Positions 32,201-41,699 of a stretch of 64,000 bases of DNA are shown here, one piece after another. Made by a program: the position numbers and the translations under genes. The DNA lies in NCBI GenBank assembly GCA_034670305.1, contig JAXMNT010000034.1:17439-81438 (forward strand), given 5' to 3'. Under the pieces are notes generated by a model, which worked only from the letters and a program-made list of their open reading frames with translations, was not told the origin of the DNA and made no database searches. This DNA comes from Deltaproteobacteria bacterium (GTDB lineage: Bacteria > Myxococcota_A > Polyangia > Polyangiales > Houyiibacteriaceae). Numbering within the stretch: position 1 is the first letter of the stretch; every line of letters begins with the position of its first letter.

Positions 32201-33629
32201 CCAGCAGACGGGCGGCGAAGACTTGCTCTCGGCGCTGAGCGAACACACCGACACGATGGTCGGAATGCGTCAGGCCAAGGGAGCCGCGGACGGTATCGCC
32301 GCGATCGCGGCCGCCACCGCAGACGCCTCGGACAGCACCGATGCGTTCTTCTCCGGCGGGGTGGCGCCGGCGGCGCGGCTCGTCCAGGGCGCAGCGGAGC
32401 TCGCGTCGACCATCATCGACAGCGAGATGGACGTGGCGCAGCTGCGGTTCGAAGAGATGTCGGCGCGGCTCGAGGCGAGCATCGAGAACGCGACCTGCTT
32501 CAACGACGCGCGCGCGGAGATGGTCGGTATGCGGACGGCCCAGTTGCGCATCGAGCAGGCGGGCATCGAGAACGCGCGCCAGGCGCTGGAGTTCGCGAAC
32601 GCTCAAGCGACCGTCCTCGCGCTCGTCGGCGATGGTCAAGCGGTGGTTCAGAGCACGCGCGATCGCGCCCCCTCGGGGTTGCGTGTCGACTTCGCGTTCG
32701 ACACCGAAGTGGCCGAGCTGGAAGCCCGGATGCATCTGGCCCGGCGCGCCGCCTACCTGGCCGTGCGCGCGGTCGAGTACGAGTTCCAGACCACGTCGGC
32801 GGAGCGCGGACGAGTCCTCGCGGCGCGAACCCCGGCCGCGCTCGAGTCGGCCCTCGGGCGCCTCACGGCGTTCACCGCCACCGGGGCCCCGACCGGAGGC
32901 GGACAGCCGCAGACCCTGCACGCTGTCGTGAGCCTGCGCGATCACCTCCTTCAACTCGGAGACCGCACCGGGGGCGCACCGGGCTGGCGCAACCTCTCGC
33001 CGGCGCAGCGCTTTGCCATGGTGCTCGGCTCGGACCGCTACGCGGTCTACGAAGCTGGGGACTACATCGGCCAGGAGATCCCCTTCACGATCTCTCCGGA
33101 CGGAGCCGCCAACCCAGAAGGGATCACGATCCTCACCGGTACCGATTGCGCGGAACGCGTCTGGTCGGTCAACGCGTCGGTGCTCGGCGAGGACCTGGTG
33201 CCCGGGAGCGAGACGACCTTCACCCGTGTCGTCATTCGCAAGCGCAACACCTTCCACAGCCAGTGGTGCGCCGACCCCGGATCGGAGGGTCCGGCCTATC
33301 AGTTCGGGAGCGTCCGACCGGAACGCAACCTGTTCCTCGACCCACTCGTTCATTCGATGGTCGAGACGGATGTGATCTCGGTTGGGCCGAACACCGCCGC
33401 GATGGACCCGGCCCGGAGCTTCACGAACGCCCGCATCTCAGCGTTCTTCAACATCTCGCGGGCTGAGCTCGAGGACGAGAGCTACTTCAACGGGGACTCG
33501 ACCGAGCTCGCAGGTCGCGGACTGTACGGGGACTACGCACTCTTCATCCCCGCGGAGTCGCCCTTGGCGCTCGGGAACGTTGACGACCTGCTCCTCCGCA
33601 TCGACTACGTGTCCGCCGCGACGATGTAG
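29271..33629 (+). CDS. Large Cys-containing lipoprotein with Tc-toxin A (TcA)-like C-terminal region
   Basis: Lipobox FGGC; long helices around an Ala/Gly hairpin; LARRAAYLAVRAVEYEF, VVSLRD, RVWSVNASV, GRGLYGDYAL and VDDLLLRIDYVS; the CDS is secure, the TcA call is inference. Confidence 0.75.
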   Translation: MVVALMSLFGGCGDPTPEPTEPLCVVVPDVLAGGLGEQCAHDDDCPCGAWCERSVCASECSEDTPCPGTAECDLGSGRCQETGAALVRGPRNQVLRTSSSEVIVRPSGRLTVSAEGDEPVAFRVRATPGFEVNCGGDFDEQCDANASASAPAILELRASEAAPDGCAPLTATPCPSGTLTLTSDFDRLDVALVVSPGAAAPAPLTGTYEATLTAVGAGLSTRPSTDDLLEGARGIRVQATIEVFADDTIRLRDELGVFGDGAVGTLTAGGAGEVVLSIPRFAWLTGTRGDSLDPQIVTSFDDALLAHADGAITGELFQRFHGMTDAAETATLRWALAAGRLEQQPELGTPPAVPAPAELPPADRPVAEDESAPAGSALELACASGALSDSELDAEGDLRCSDGATQAVLPRFGDTVDPVDGSALLASCYGDLEGAGSECVDRELAVAALVRALDGPAASAERALGLRLLQRWITLHGFIAREGLAIERLHAWFADGDPPPIADPDGPGPREWVEPALARSLDGWDLLFHPRVGSALVASEEGSLASPDYRTRFGYEPPVATELADADLGISVTLLDVLRDQLRAAEVVVRRRMGADGLTEAMALGRAALRRAVVALAWAHGLLHDATAGSDPVWAEQADAAAQGVGSAMRSLLAAIRAAESGANALGIEDIDLPLYRIGDEVGSAERFAAASDYLLGAGGVPGVAPSLVEAARTAWDDVRSSWRDKLTRDFRTFSVENRVEDLQREYGAQIAELCGNPAWAELGVLELSADELNPNHCYIVDRDGCPTPDRLEALITPTDVAQDVCVMLALNRSFRPLDVDDMEIGEALDRLNTTLENDRRSRSPDRALLTFLHRTRRELPQLLEDYRDQFPVPGPLAYENARTRCGALVHELGGEMSADEEGRACTSARECHPAMLCRMGSCTAVEPPAPDATCYQGTLGELRLALQASAREVDIARSEFADRSDAYDIAVRSCLIQQTGGEDLLSALSEHTDTMVGMRQAKGAADGIAAIAAATADASDSTDAFFSGGVAPAARLVQGAAELASTIIDSEMDVAQLRFEEMSARLEASIENATCFNDARAEMVGMRTAQLRIEQAGIENARQALEFANAQATVLALVGDGQAVVQSTRDRAPSGLRVDFAFDTEVAELEARMHLARRAAYLAVRAVEYEFQTTSAERGRVLAARTPAALESALGRLTAFTATGAPTGGGQPQTLHAVVSLRDHLLQLGDRTGGAPGWRNLSPAQRFAMVLGSDRYAVYEAGDYIGQEIPFTISPDGAANPEGITILTGTDCAERVWSVNASVLGEDLVPGSETTFTRVVIRKRNTFHSQWCADPGSEGPAYQFGSVRPERNLFLDPLVHSMVETDVISVGPNTAAMDPARSFTNARISAFFNISRAELEDESYFNGDSTELAGRGLYGDYALFIPAESPLALGNVDDLLLRIDYVSAATM

Positions 33630-33703
33630 AAGAACGGCGCGGCATCTTGGCCGCTTGATCGACGACCAGTGCATTCCGGACGCGAGAGACCAGCAATATT
33701 CTT

Positions 33704-33767
33704 GGGGGCACGGCCCCCAAACCCCGTCCCGGTGACACCGCTGGCTCGCTTCGCGAGGCTGCACGCT
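33704..33767 (+). repeat. REP-like repeat, copy 2, with GGGGGC-ACG-GCCCCC hairpin
   Basis: 33719-33767 is identical to 19121-19169; lies between convergent genes. Confidence 0.9.
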
Positions 33768-33896
33768 GTCGAATATTCGTCTCTTCTGCAACGCGTCGAA
33801 CGTGGTGCGACGAGGTCTATCTGATCCAATGGACCACGCGAAGCGCTGCGGCATGCGCTGAGTTCGTGGAGCGCACACCCGGCCATAGGGATAGGC

Positions 33897-36218
33897 TCAG
33901 CGGCAGCGGAGCCGGCTGCTTCGGGTGGTGCTCGTACAACCCATCCCGGTGGGCGTCCCGATGCCTCCACACGCGCAGTCTTGGTGCGTGGTCGATTCGC
34001 CGCATTCGGCGGTGTGCGAGAGCGGACCAGCGCCGGCGCAGCGGCTCGTACACATGCTGCCCGACGTGGAGAAGCAGGTGACCGCGAGTGGCTGCTTCGT
34101 CTCGCCCGTCGAGCAGTCGTAGTCGAAACTCGCCGCCGTGCCCCCCATCCCACCACAGATGGTGGGGCAGTCCAACCCGTGGCTGGTGTAGCACCAGAAG
34201 CCTTCCCGAGCCGTGCGGGTGCAGTCACAGATGAGCGCGCCTGGGCTGTCGCAGTAGGGGGTGTCGAAGAAGCTGGTCTGATTGGGTCGCACGTCTTCGA
34301 GAAAGTCCCGGCAGTCCGTCTTGGGCAACGGCCCGCCCGCGCACGCGGCCCCCATGGGCGCGAACCCGTCGTTGTCGAAGTCTTCACTCACCAGGACCCC
34401 GCCACCGCTGCTGCAGTCGTTGTCGATGCGGTCGCAGATCTCGGTGGCCCCTGGGTTGACCGCGGACGCCCCGTCGTCGCAATCGGTGGTGTCGGTGTCG
34501 ACCGGTGCAGTCAGCGTGAAGTTGTCGCCGCACGCGCCGCAGATGCTCATGCCCATCGCGCCGCTCGGTGCGTAGCCATCGTCGTCCGCGTCCGCGTAGC
34601 AGGTCGTCGTGACCGTCTCGTCTACGGCGCCGTCGCAGTCGTCGTCGGCGCTGTTGCAGCTCTCGGCGACCGGCGAGATGGAGCACGCACCCCATGTCGC
34701 GCCTGGCCCACACGTTTCGGTGCCCGCCGCACAAGCGCCGGGCAACAGACAACCGCGTGACATGCCCGGCGTGCAGTCGCAGTCCTCGTTGACGGCGCCG
34801 TTGCAGTTCTCGTCCACACTCCCCGCGTCGCAGATCTCGGGCGCGCCGGGGTTGATCGCGAACACGCCGTCTTCGCAATCGGTCGCACCGGCTCCGGGTG
34901 GCCGGTTGGTCGTCGTCACGGGGCAGTTGCCCACCTCGGGTCGGCTCGCGTCGATGCAGCGCGACGCCCCGGTGGCTCCGCTGCCCGCGTAGGAGTCGCC
35001 GTCTCCATCTGGGTAGCAGGTGGCGCGAAGCATCTCGTCGACCGCGCCGTCGCAGTCGTCGTCGATGGAGACGCCTTCCAGGCAGACCTCCGAGGCACCC
35101 GGGCGCGACGCCGAACGATCGTCGTCGCAGTCGATGTCGGCCCCGGTCGGCGCACGGTTGGTCGAGTCGGTCGGGCAGCCCCCCACCGACTCGCGCCCCA
35201 CCTGCGGACACTCTGCGCGCGCGGTGGCTGCGGCGGGCGCGAAGCCGTCGTTGTCGAGGTCGTCGTAGCAAGTCACCGTCATGCCTTCGTCGGTCGCGCC
35301 ATCGCAGTCGTCGTCGACCTCGTTGCAGGTCTCGAGCTCCGGTTCGATCGTGCACGTCGCGCTCCAGGTCCCGCTGTCGCAGACCTCCACGCCCGCCGCG
35401 CAGGCGCCGCCGAGCGTACAGCCACGGGTCTCGCCCTCTTCACAGTCGCAGTAGCCTTCGGGGTTGGCCTCGCCATCGCAGTTCTCGTCCACCGGTGGCT
35501 CGGCGCTGTCGCAACGCTCCATCGCGCCGGGGTTGATCATGCTCTCGAGATCGTCGCAGTCGCCGTCGTTCTCCGCGAACCCTTCGGGTGCGCTGCATGC
35601 ATCGGTGGTCGTGCCGTCGATGTCTCCAAAGCCGTCGCCGTCGCCATCCGGCCAGTACGTGACCAGCACCTCTTCATCGACCAAACCATCGCAGTCGTCG
35701 TCGCGGCCATTGCAGCTCTCCGTGGCGTCGGGGTTGGTCCCCCGACGGGCGTCGTCGCAGTCGGAGCCGCAGACCAGCCCGCTGCCGTCTTCGTTGCAAC
35801 AGAGCGCGTCTGGGCTGTCGTCGCCGTCCACGTCGCGGAAACCAAACGTGCGCGGGTCGCAATCTTCGTCGACGTTCTCCAGATCGCAGACCTCAGCGTT
35901 GCCAGGGAAGCGACCGGGGTCCATGTCGTCGCAGTCGGCGCCGCCGCAGTCGGTACCGTCCACGCCATCGCCGTCGAGGTCGCACTCCGTTTCGTCGCAC
36001 GCATCGGCGACCTCATCGCAGACTCCATCGCAAGGCGCGCTCCCGGCTACACACGCGCCGTCGTTGCAGGTCTCGGTGCCATTGCAGAACCGGCCGTCGT
36101 CGCAGTCTGCCGCGGAGGTGCACAAACCACCGTCTCCCCCGGCGTCCGAAGTCATGGTGTCGTCGTCTCCGCAGGCAAGTGCCGCGCAGAGCAATACATA
36201 CAATGAAAGCCGTCCCAT
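33897..36218 (-). CDS. Lipoprotein with MopE-like putative metal-binding repeats (paralogue of 22086-23600)
   Basis: Lipobox ALAC; same repeat; shared DEDCDPRTFG block and terminal RCR. Confidence 0.85.
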   Translation of the reverse strand: MGRLSLYVLLCAALACGDDDTMTSDAGGDGGLCTSAADCDDGRFCNGTETCNDGACVAGSAPCDGVCDEVADACDETECDLDGDGVDGTDCGGADCDDMDPGRFPGNAEVCDLENVDEDCDPRTFGFRDVDGDDSPDALCCNEDGSGLVCGSDCDDARRGTNPDATESCNGRDDDCDGLVDEEVLVTYWPDGDGDGFGDIDGTTTDACSAPEGFAENDGDCDDLESMINPGAMERCDSAEPPVDENCDGEANPEGYCDCEEGETRGCTLGGACAAGVEVCDSGTWSATCTIEPELETCNEVDDDCDGATDEGMTVTCYDDLDNDGFAPAAATARAECPQVGRESVGGCPTDSTNRAPTGADIDCDDDRSASRPGASEVCLEGVSIDDDCDGAVDEMLRATCYPDGDGDSYAGSGATGASRCIDASRPEVGNCPVTTTNRPPGAGATDCEDGVFAINPGAPEICDAGSVDENCNGAVNEDCDCTPGMSRGCLLPGACAAGTETCGPGATWGACSISPVAESCNSADDDCDGAVDETVTTTCYADADDDGYAPSGAMGMSICGACGDNFTLTAPVDTDTTDCDDGASAVNPGATEICDRIDNDCSSGGGVLVSEDFDNDGFAPMGAACAGGPLPKTDCRDFLEDVRPNQTSFFDTPYCDSPGALICDCTRTAREGFWCYTSHGLDCPTICGGMGGTAASFDYDCSTGETKQPLAVTCFSTSGSMCTSRCAGAGPLSHTAECGESTTHQDCACGGIGTPTGMGCTSTTRSSRLRCR

Positions 36219-36324
36219 CCCGCCATGGTGCCGGGTTCTTGGCCGACAGACAAACCAGGTGGTGCTCGGTTCGGCAGCTCCGCATCAGCGGCTGGGCGGT
36301 GTGCTGCGAGCAACTGGATCCGCG

Positions 36325-37662
36325 TCAGGTCGAGGGGCAGCCGAACGTGAAGTCGAGGCCGTCGTCCACCTCGGCCCCCTGTACGGCTTCGCAGGTGGCC
36401 GGACAGAGCGCGATCCCATCGTCGTCGTCGTACGCCCAGCCCCCGGCGGCGTCGCAGTCGTCGAGCGCCGCGACCGGCACCAGCAGTCCGCTGCCTTCCT
36501 CGTCCCGCACCGCGACGCTCAAGTGTTCGGGCTCGAACGTGCCGCCATCGGGAACCGGCGGGATCGGCGCGCTGCACTGGACGCGGCGGTTGCTCACGGT
36601 GGACTCCGTGAATGCCGTGGCGAACGGTGCCCACAGAGAGTCGCCGTCGCAGATCGAAACGCGAACGCCACCGGTGCGCGCGACCAGCTCGGTGTAGGTC
36701 AAGCCGCTGGCGCGCACATTGCTCCCGTCCCCGAAGCGGCACCGCACCGTCGCATCGTCCTCGTCTCCAAAGCCGTAGATGCCACTGACCACGTAGCCGT
36801 CCATGAGTCCGCCCCAGCGGGCATGGAGGATCCCCTCGGGTAGGGTCCGTGTGTTGAACGGGTTGGTGCCGCCCGGGCTCGACTCGAACCAATCGGCGGT
36901 GGCTGAGGGATCGCTCCCAGGAACGAAGCCCGCGTCGGTGGCGTCGACCATGCGCGCGTTGTTGTGGGTGACAAAGACCAGCGCCTTCGCGGCGTCGGGA
37001 CGCAAATGGTCCACCCACGCCGGGCCTCCTTGCGAGTCGCCTTCTCGGTAGCCATCGGTCTGCCCGAGCGTGCCGAGGAACTGCTCGAGCGGGCTCGCGC
37101 CTCCCATGTCGATGGAGACGTGGAAGAAGCGCGTGCCGTTTGAACAACTGCTGTCCGCACTCAGCGGCGGAGGCACACAGATCGCTTCGGTCCGCATGGG
37201 TCCCACCGAGGACTGTCGCAGGCTCAGGACGACCAAGCGGTGGTCGAGCCCACGTGCCGACAACGCAATGGCGATCATGTTCAGCTGGCGCTCGAACGCG
37301 CGCAGCGTGGGTGCCAGTGAGGACGAGTTCTCGACCACGAAGATCACGTCGACCGCATCGTGGTGCTCGAAGGTCGCGGCGACCGTCTCGGCGACGCATT
37401 CGTCGGGCGCGTCTCGCCCCACATCGGCGCTCCCATCCGGGCCCACGTCGGCGCTCCCATCCGGCCCGACATCGACGTGCCCCACATCGACGCGTGCATC
37501 CAGCCCGACATCCGCACCGGTCGCATCGACCGGCCCGACATCGACGGCCGTCGCATCCGGGGACGCGTCGGCAAGGCCCGCATCATCGAGGGGCGCGGGG
37601 TCCTCACCACACGCAAGAAGCAGAAGCACCAGGGACGCGAATACCCATTGAACACGAAGCAT
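36325..37662 (-). CDS. Myxobacterial vWA-like lipoprotein
   Basis: Lipobox LLAC; VDVIFVVENSSS (degenerate MIDAS); LRPDAAKALVFVT; C-terminal GWAYD...IALCPATC. Confidence 0.75.
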   Translation of the reverse strand: MLRVQWVFASLVLLLLACGEDPAPLDDAGLADASPDATAVDVGPVDATGADVGLDARVDVGHVDVGPDGSADVGPDGSADVGRDAPDECVAETVAATFEHHDAVDVIFVVENSSSLAPTLRAFERQLNMIAIALSARGLDHRLVVLSLRQSSVGPMRTEAICVPPPLSADSSCSNGTRFFHVSIDMGGASPLEQFLGTLGQTDGYREGDSQGGPAWVDHLRPDAAKALVFVTHNNARMVDATDAGFVPGSDPSATADWFESSPGGTNPFNTRTLPEGILHARWGGLMDGYVVSGIYGFGDEDDATVRCRFGDGSNVRASGLTYTELVARTGGVRVSICDGDSLWAPFATAFTESTVSNRRVQCSAPIPPVPDGGTFEPEHLSVAVRDEEGSGLLVPVAALDDCDAAGGWAYDDDDGIALCPATCEAVQGAEVDDGLDFTFGCPST

Positions 37663-38084
37663 GGGGTCGAGCATATCAGCAGCTCTTTGGTCGCCGACCG
37701 CTCGAGGTCGAACGGGATGGCGACCGACCCAGCGATCTCGTCGTGCGCCTCGGCCCACCCCACTTCCCCTTCTACGGGAGCCTCGGAACGCGGAGGAGCG
37801 TGGCTTCCGGTGAACGTCGGCGAAATGACCACCCACGGCGCAGCGGGCGAGTTCGCCGCCGTCGAGATGGTGCCCGGCGTGGACCCCGAATCGCTCGGAC
37901 CTGCTCTACCGGCTCTTCATTGAAGACCACGCTTCGCGTTGTCGGAGCGATTGCTTGGCATGCCAACGACTCATCCCCGGACCGAAGCGCGAAGCGCCCC
38001 GCAAGACCCAATGGCGGCAGCGCGCGAATCGCCCCGCGTCTGGGCTCCCGCAACTGTCGACCGGCTGTGTCGATGAGGGGCTTC

Positions 38085-39719
38085 GTGACCGCGCCGCGAG
38101 CGAGAGTGCATGGAGAGACGCTGGCGATGACGCGGCGGACGAACCTGCGGAAGTTCGTGCTCGGCAACTGGGACCCGCAGGTCTCGCAGATCTACCTGTA
38201 CTCACTTGGGGCGGCAGCGCTTGGTGCCGACGATGGGATGGGGGAGCGGCTGTCGGAGGCGGTGTTTCATCAGATCTGTTTGATGGGTACGCACCCGCAT
38301 GTGTTGTTGACCGATGTGCGCGGGCGGGCGCCGAGGATCTTTTGTCGGGCGCACTCGTGGAGCGCGAAGGCGATCAACGTGCTGCTTGCGAAGCGCGGCT
38401 ATCAGCGGCTTGGGCAGGTATACGACGGGCGGCAGATCTCGTTCGTCCGAACCATGGACTGGTCGGCGGAGTTGAAGCAGGTGCTGTATCAGTTCTTGAA
38501 CCCGGTGGCGGCGGGGTTGTGCGAGAAGGCGGCGGACTACGACGGGGTGTGCACGCCTTTGGAATGGATCGGTGGGTACCGGTTGCGGGTGAAGCGTCCG
38601 GATGTGTTCTTCGACCCGTCGTTTCCGGCCGAGGTCATTCTCGTGTTCGGTCCGCCGCCGGCGGCGTACATCGCGTATGGCGGGGATACGAAGCGGATGG
38701 TGGCGGACCTGCGAAGTGACGCGCGCAAGCAGGAGAAGGCGATCGCTGCGATGCGACCGTTTCCGGTGCTCGGCGAGCGGAAGATGCATCCGTGGGATGA
38801 ACCGAACACCTTGGTGGAACGGTGGAGTCCCAACCGGCCGCTTGTGACGATCGGTGTCGGTGGGGCCTGGGAACGCAAGCGGCTGCGGGAGCTCGTGCGG
38901 GCCGAAGTGGAGCAGTTCTGCGTTGGGCACGAGAAGGTGCGGCAGGAAGAGAAGGCGCAGATCGCGCGGCGGGTGAAGAAGGCAAAGGAGCGGAGACGCG
39001 CGGAGGCGCTGGAACGAGAACGTCCTGCACAGGAGTTGGAGTGCGGCTCCGAGGGCTCTCAGGAGCCTGCGCGCGAACAGGAGCCGGACACCGCCGCTCG
39101 TGAACAGGAACCGCAACCGGACACCGCTCGTGAACAGGAAGAGCCTGGAGGCGACGCGGTGCCTGGAGAAGAAGGCGACGAGGCACCCAAAGAGGAACGC
39201 GACATCGTGTACCCGTACGGCACCTACAAAGCGGCGCGCGAGCGACGCCACGAAGTGAAGCCGCCGAGTGGCGAGGCGTACTTCCTCGCGCCGGGTGTGT
39301 TCGACGAAGGCTGGGCCAGCCGGTACGTCGAGTGCGAGTTGCCGAAAGAGGTCGTGTTGGTGACCGGACGTGCGGTCGCGGACGAAGAGCGACGCAGCGA
39401 ACGAGAAGAGTCCGCCCAAGACGTCTCCGACTTCTACGGCACCATGTACGACAAGCTCGTCGAGCGTGAGAAGGAAGCCTCCTCGAGAGCCTCGAGTGCG
39501 GAGGTCGAAGACCAGGCGGATGAACCCACCGCCGCCACCGACCGCAACCAGCAGAAGAGCGCCACCAAGCGACCGAGCATCCAACCACCGATGGCACCGC
39601 ACCCAGTTCGCGAGCGCTACGAAAAGCGCCCCGACTTGTCCGACACCAACCGAGTCACCGTCCGCCGAGACCTCCTCCGACCAGGCGGAGCTCCTCGGTC
39701 CGACGAAGACCCCGACTGA
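38085..39719 (+). mobile_element. rayT: REP-associated tyrosine (HUH/Y1) transposase, RAYT, with acidic C-terminal extension
   Basis: MTRRT, LMGTHPHVL (HUH), Y..LNPVAAGL and YPYGTY motifs; flanked by palindromic repeats; start uncertain (38073 or 38085). Confidence 0.82.
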
Positions 39720-40446
39720 ACACCCTCAGCCGGCTGAAAGAGCCCAAGCGCGGCCCGGCAACAGCCCGAGCCGCGCACACCTGCGTCCGAAGCAAGACGC
39801 CAAGACCCAGAACCGCTCCAACAACCCCTCACAGCACCCATCCGGCTCCCAAGTGAACTGAGTTGCAGCGCATCCAGCGCAACAGCCCACCTCACGGAGC
39901 CGTCAAACGAAGTTCAAAAGCGTGCCAACGTCTCTCCCCCCGGACGGAGCGCGCGAAGCGCCCGTCCTCGAGAGCCTCGAGTGCGGAGGTCGAAGACGCG
40001 GATGAACCCACCGCCGCCACCGACCGCAACCAGCAGAAGAGCGCCACCAAACGACCAAGCATCCAACCACCGATGGCACCGCACCCAGTTCGCGAGCGCT
40101 ACGAAAAGCGCCCCGACTTGTCCGACACCAACCGAGTCACCGTCCGCCGAGACCTCCTCCGACCAGGCGGAGCTCCTCGGTCCGACGAAGACCCCGACTG
40201 AACACCCTCAGCCGGCTGAAAGAGCCCAAGCGCGGCCCGGCCACAGCCCGAGCCGCGCACACCTGCGTCCGAAGCAAGACGCCAAGACCCAGAACCGCTC
40301 CAACAGACCCTCACAGCACCCATTCGGCTCCCGAGTGAACCGAGCTGCAGCGCATCCAGCGCAACAGCCCACCTCACGGAGCCGTCAAACGAAGTTCAAA
40401 AGCGTGCCAACGTCTCTCCCCCCGGACGGAGCGCGCGAAGCGCCCG
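39480..40446 (+). repeat. Tandem duplication of about 485 bp (RAYT 3' end plus downstream REP)
   Basis: 39480-39964 versus 39965-40446; near-identical, with a 3-bp indel and a few substitutions. Confidence 0.95.
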
Positions 40447-40719
40447 ACCCAACAGCCCACCTCCCGGAGCCGTCAAACGAAGTTCAAAAGCGTGCCAACG
40501 TCTCTCCCCCCGGACGGAGCGCGCGAAGCGTCCCACCTCACGGAGCCGTCAAACGAAGTTCAAAAGCGTGCCAACGTCTCTCCCCCCGGACGGAGCGCGC
40601 GAAGCGCCCATCCTCTCCCCCCGGACGGAGCGCGCGAAGCGCCCTCGGAGCGCGCAAAGCGCCGCTCCGGGACGGAGTGCGCGAAGCGCCCCCCACGCGA
40701 ACGGAGCGCGTCCGCGCGG
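39886..40719 (+). repeat. REP cluster: 78-bp units ending in CCGGACGGAGCGCGCGAAGCGCCC
   Basis: Units at 39886, 40368, 40456 and 40532; shorter cores at about 40613, 40645, 40670 and 40697. Confidence 0.9.
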
Positions 40720-40779
40720 CTAGAGCGAATTGACTGTTGGGAAGGATTTGGCGGAAGCTGCCTCAGAAAGGTCTAAGGG

Positions 40780-41538
40780 ATGGAAAGAAGATACTGGAGC
40801 CAGTTCGTTGACGCCAAGACTGTGCTCGGATGGAGGTGTCCACGCTGCAACGTGGGGCACCTTGAAGCGGAAGCTGAAGGGTGGAGGGAGGAAGATGTGA
40901 AGGAGAGCGGGGGAGCGGACTGCGACTGGGAACCGGACTGGGTGCGAAACCTATGGACCGGCAGTTTGAGATGTAGGTCCTCGTCATGCGGCGATGTGGT
41001 GGTTGGTATGGGATACACGAGTCTGGATCAGGAGGTGGATGAGGAAGTCGGCCTCATTTGGGTATCCAGGTATCATCCGCTGCTGTTCGAGCCCCCACTG
41101 CACATCGTCGCTCTGCCCAAGTCGATTCCGGCTCTTTTGGAGACCGACCTGATCGAGGTTTTTCGACTGTACTGGGCATCGCCGTCAGCGGCAGCAAACC
41201 GACTCCGAGTAGCGATAGAGCACTACTTATCCTTGCAGAAGGTGCCGCGGTCACGGAGGACAAAGAAGGGGAAGCTTGTGACGCTGCCACTCCACACTCG
41301 CATTGAACGTTTCAAGCAGGCTCGCCGGACCAATGCGGACGTTGCCGACCATCTCCTGGCACTAAAGTGGCTCGGTAATGAGGGTACTCATGATGGAACG
41401 CTGACCCACGACGACGTCCTGGATGGGCTGGTGATTCTGGAGGAGGCCCTTCGGCACATTTCTGGAAACGCTTCGGCATCGAAGGCACTGACAATGTCGG
41501 TCAACAAGAACCGAGGGACCGGGAGGAAGAAGCGGTAG
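40780..41538 (+). CDS. DUF4145 (HEPN-like) domain protein with N-terminal Cys motif
   Basis: CPRC; AAANRLRVAIE, LHTRIERF and ALKWLGNEGTH; lower GC than flanks. Confidence 0.78.
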   Translation: MERRYWSQFVDAKTVLGWRCPRCNVGHLEAEAEGWREEDVKESGGADCDWEPDWVRNLWTGSLRCRSSSCGDVVVGMGYTSLDQEVDEEVGLIWVSRYHPLLFEPPLHIVALPKSIPALLETDLIEVFRLYWASPSAAANRLRVAIEHYLSLQKVPRSRRTKKGKLVTLPLHTRIERFKQARRTNADVADHLLALKWLGNEGTHDGTLTHDDVLDGLVILEEALRHISGNASASKALTMSVNKNRGTGRKKR

Positions 41539-41571
41539 AGACGGCGGGGCAACGCGAGGCTAAGGCCAGTA

Positions 41572-41692
41572 CCCCGGACGGAGCCGCCGAAGGCGTCGTC
41601 TCCCCGGACGAAGCGCGCGAAGCGCTTTAGACCGAGCGCGCGAGCGCTGCAAACGTCTCTCCCCTCGGACGGAGCGCGCGAAGGCGCGCGCG
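41572..41692 (+). repeat. Second REP cluster (four degenerate GGACGGAGCGCGCGAAG cores)
   Basis: Between the convergent DUF4145 and NTPase genes; same orientation as the first cluster. Confidence 0.85.
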
Positions 41693-41699
41693 TCGGCAT

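Noticed and set aside
37140-38084. N-terminal 315 aa of the 859-aa ORF
   Set aside because: Largely antisense to the vWA gene and Arg-rich; the RAYT starts near 38085
39863-40201. Separate 112-aa gene
   Set aside because: It is the duplicated RAYT tail without a credible start
39886-40719. CRISPR array
   Set aside because: 78-bp units lack unique, regular spacers; no cas genes; better explained as REPs
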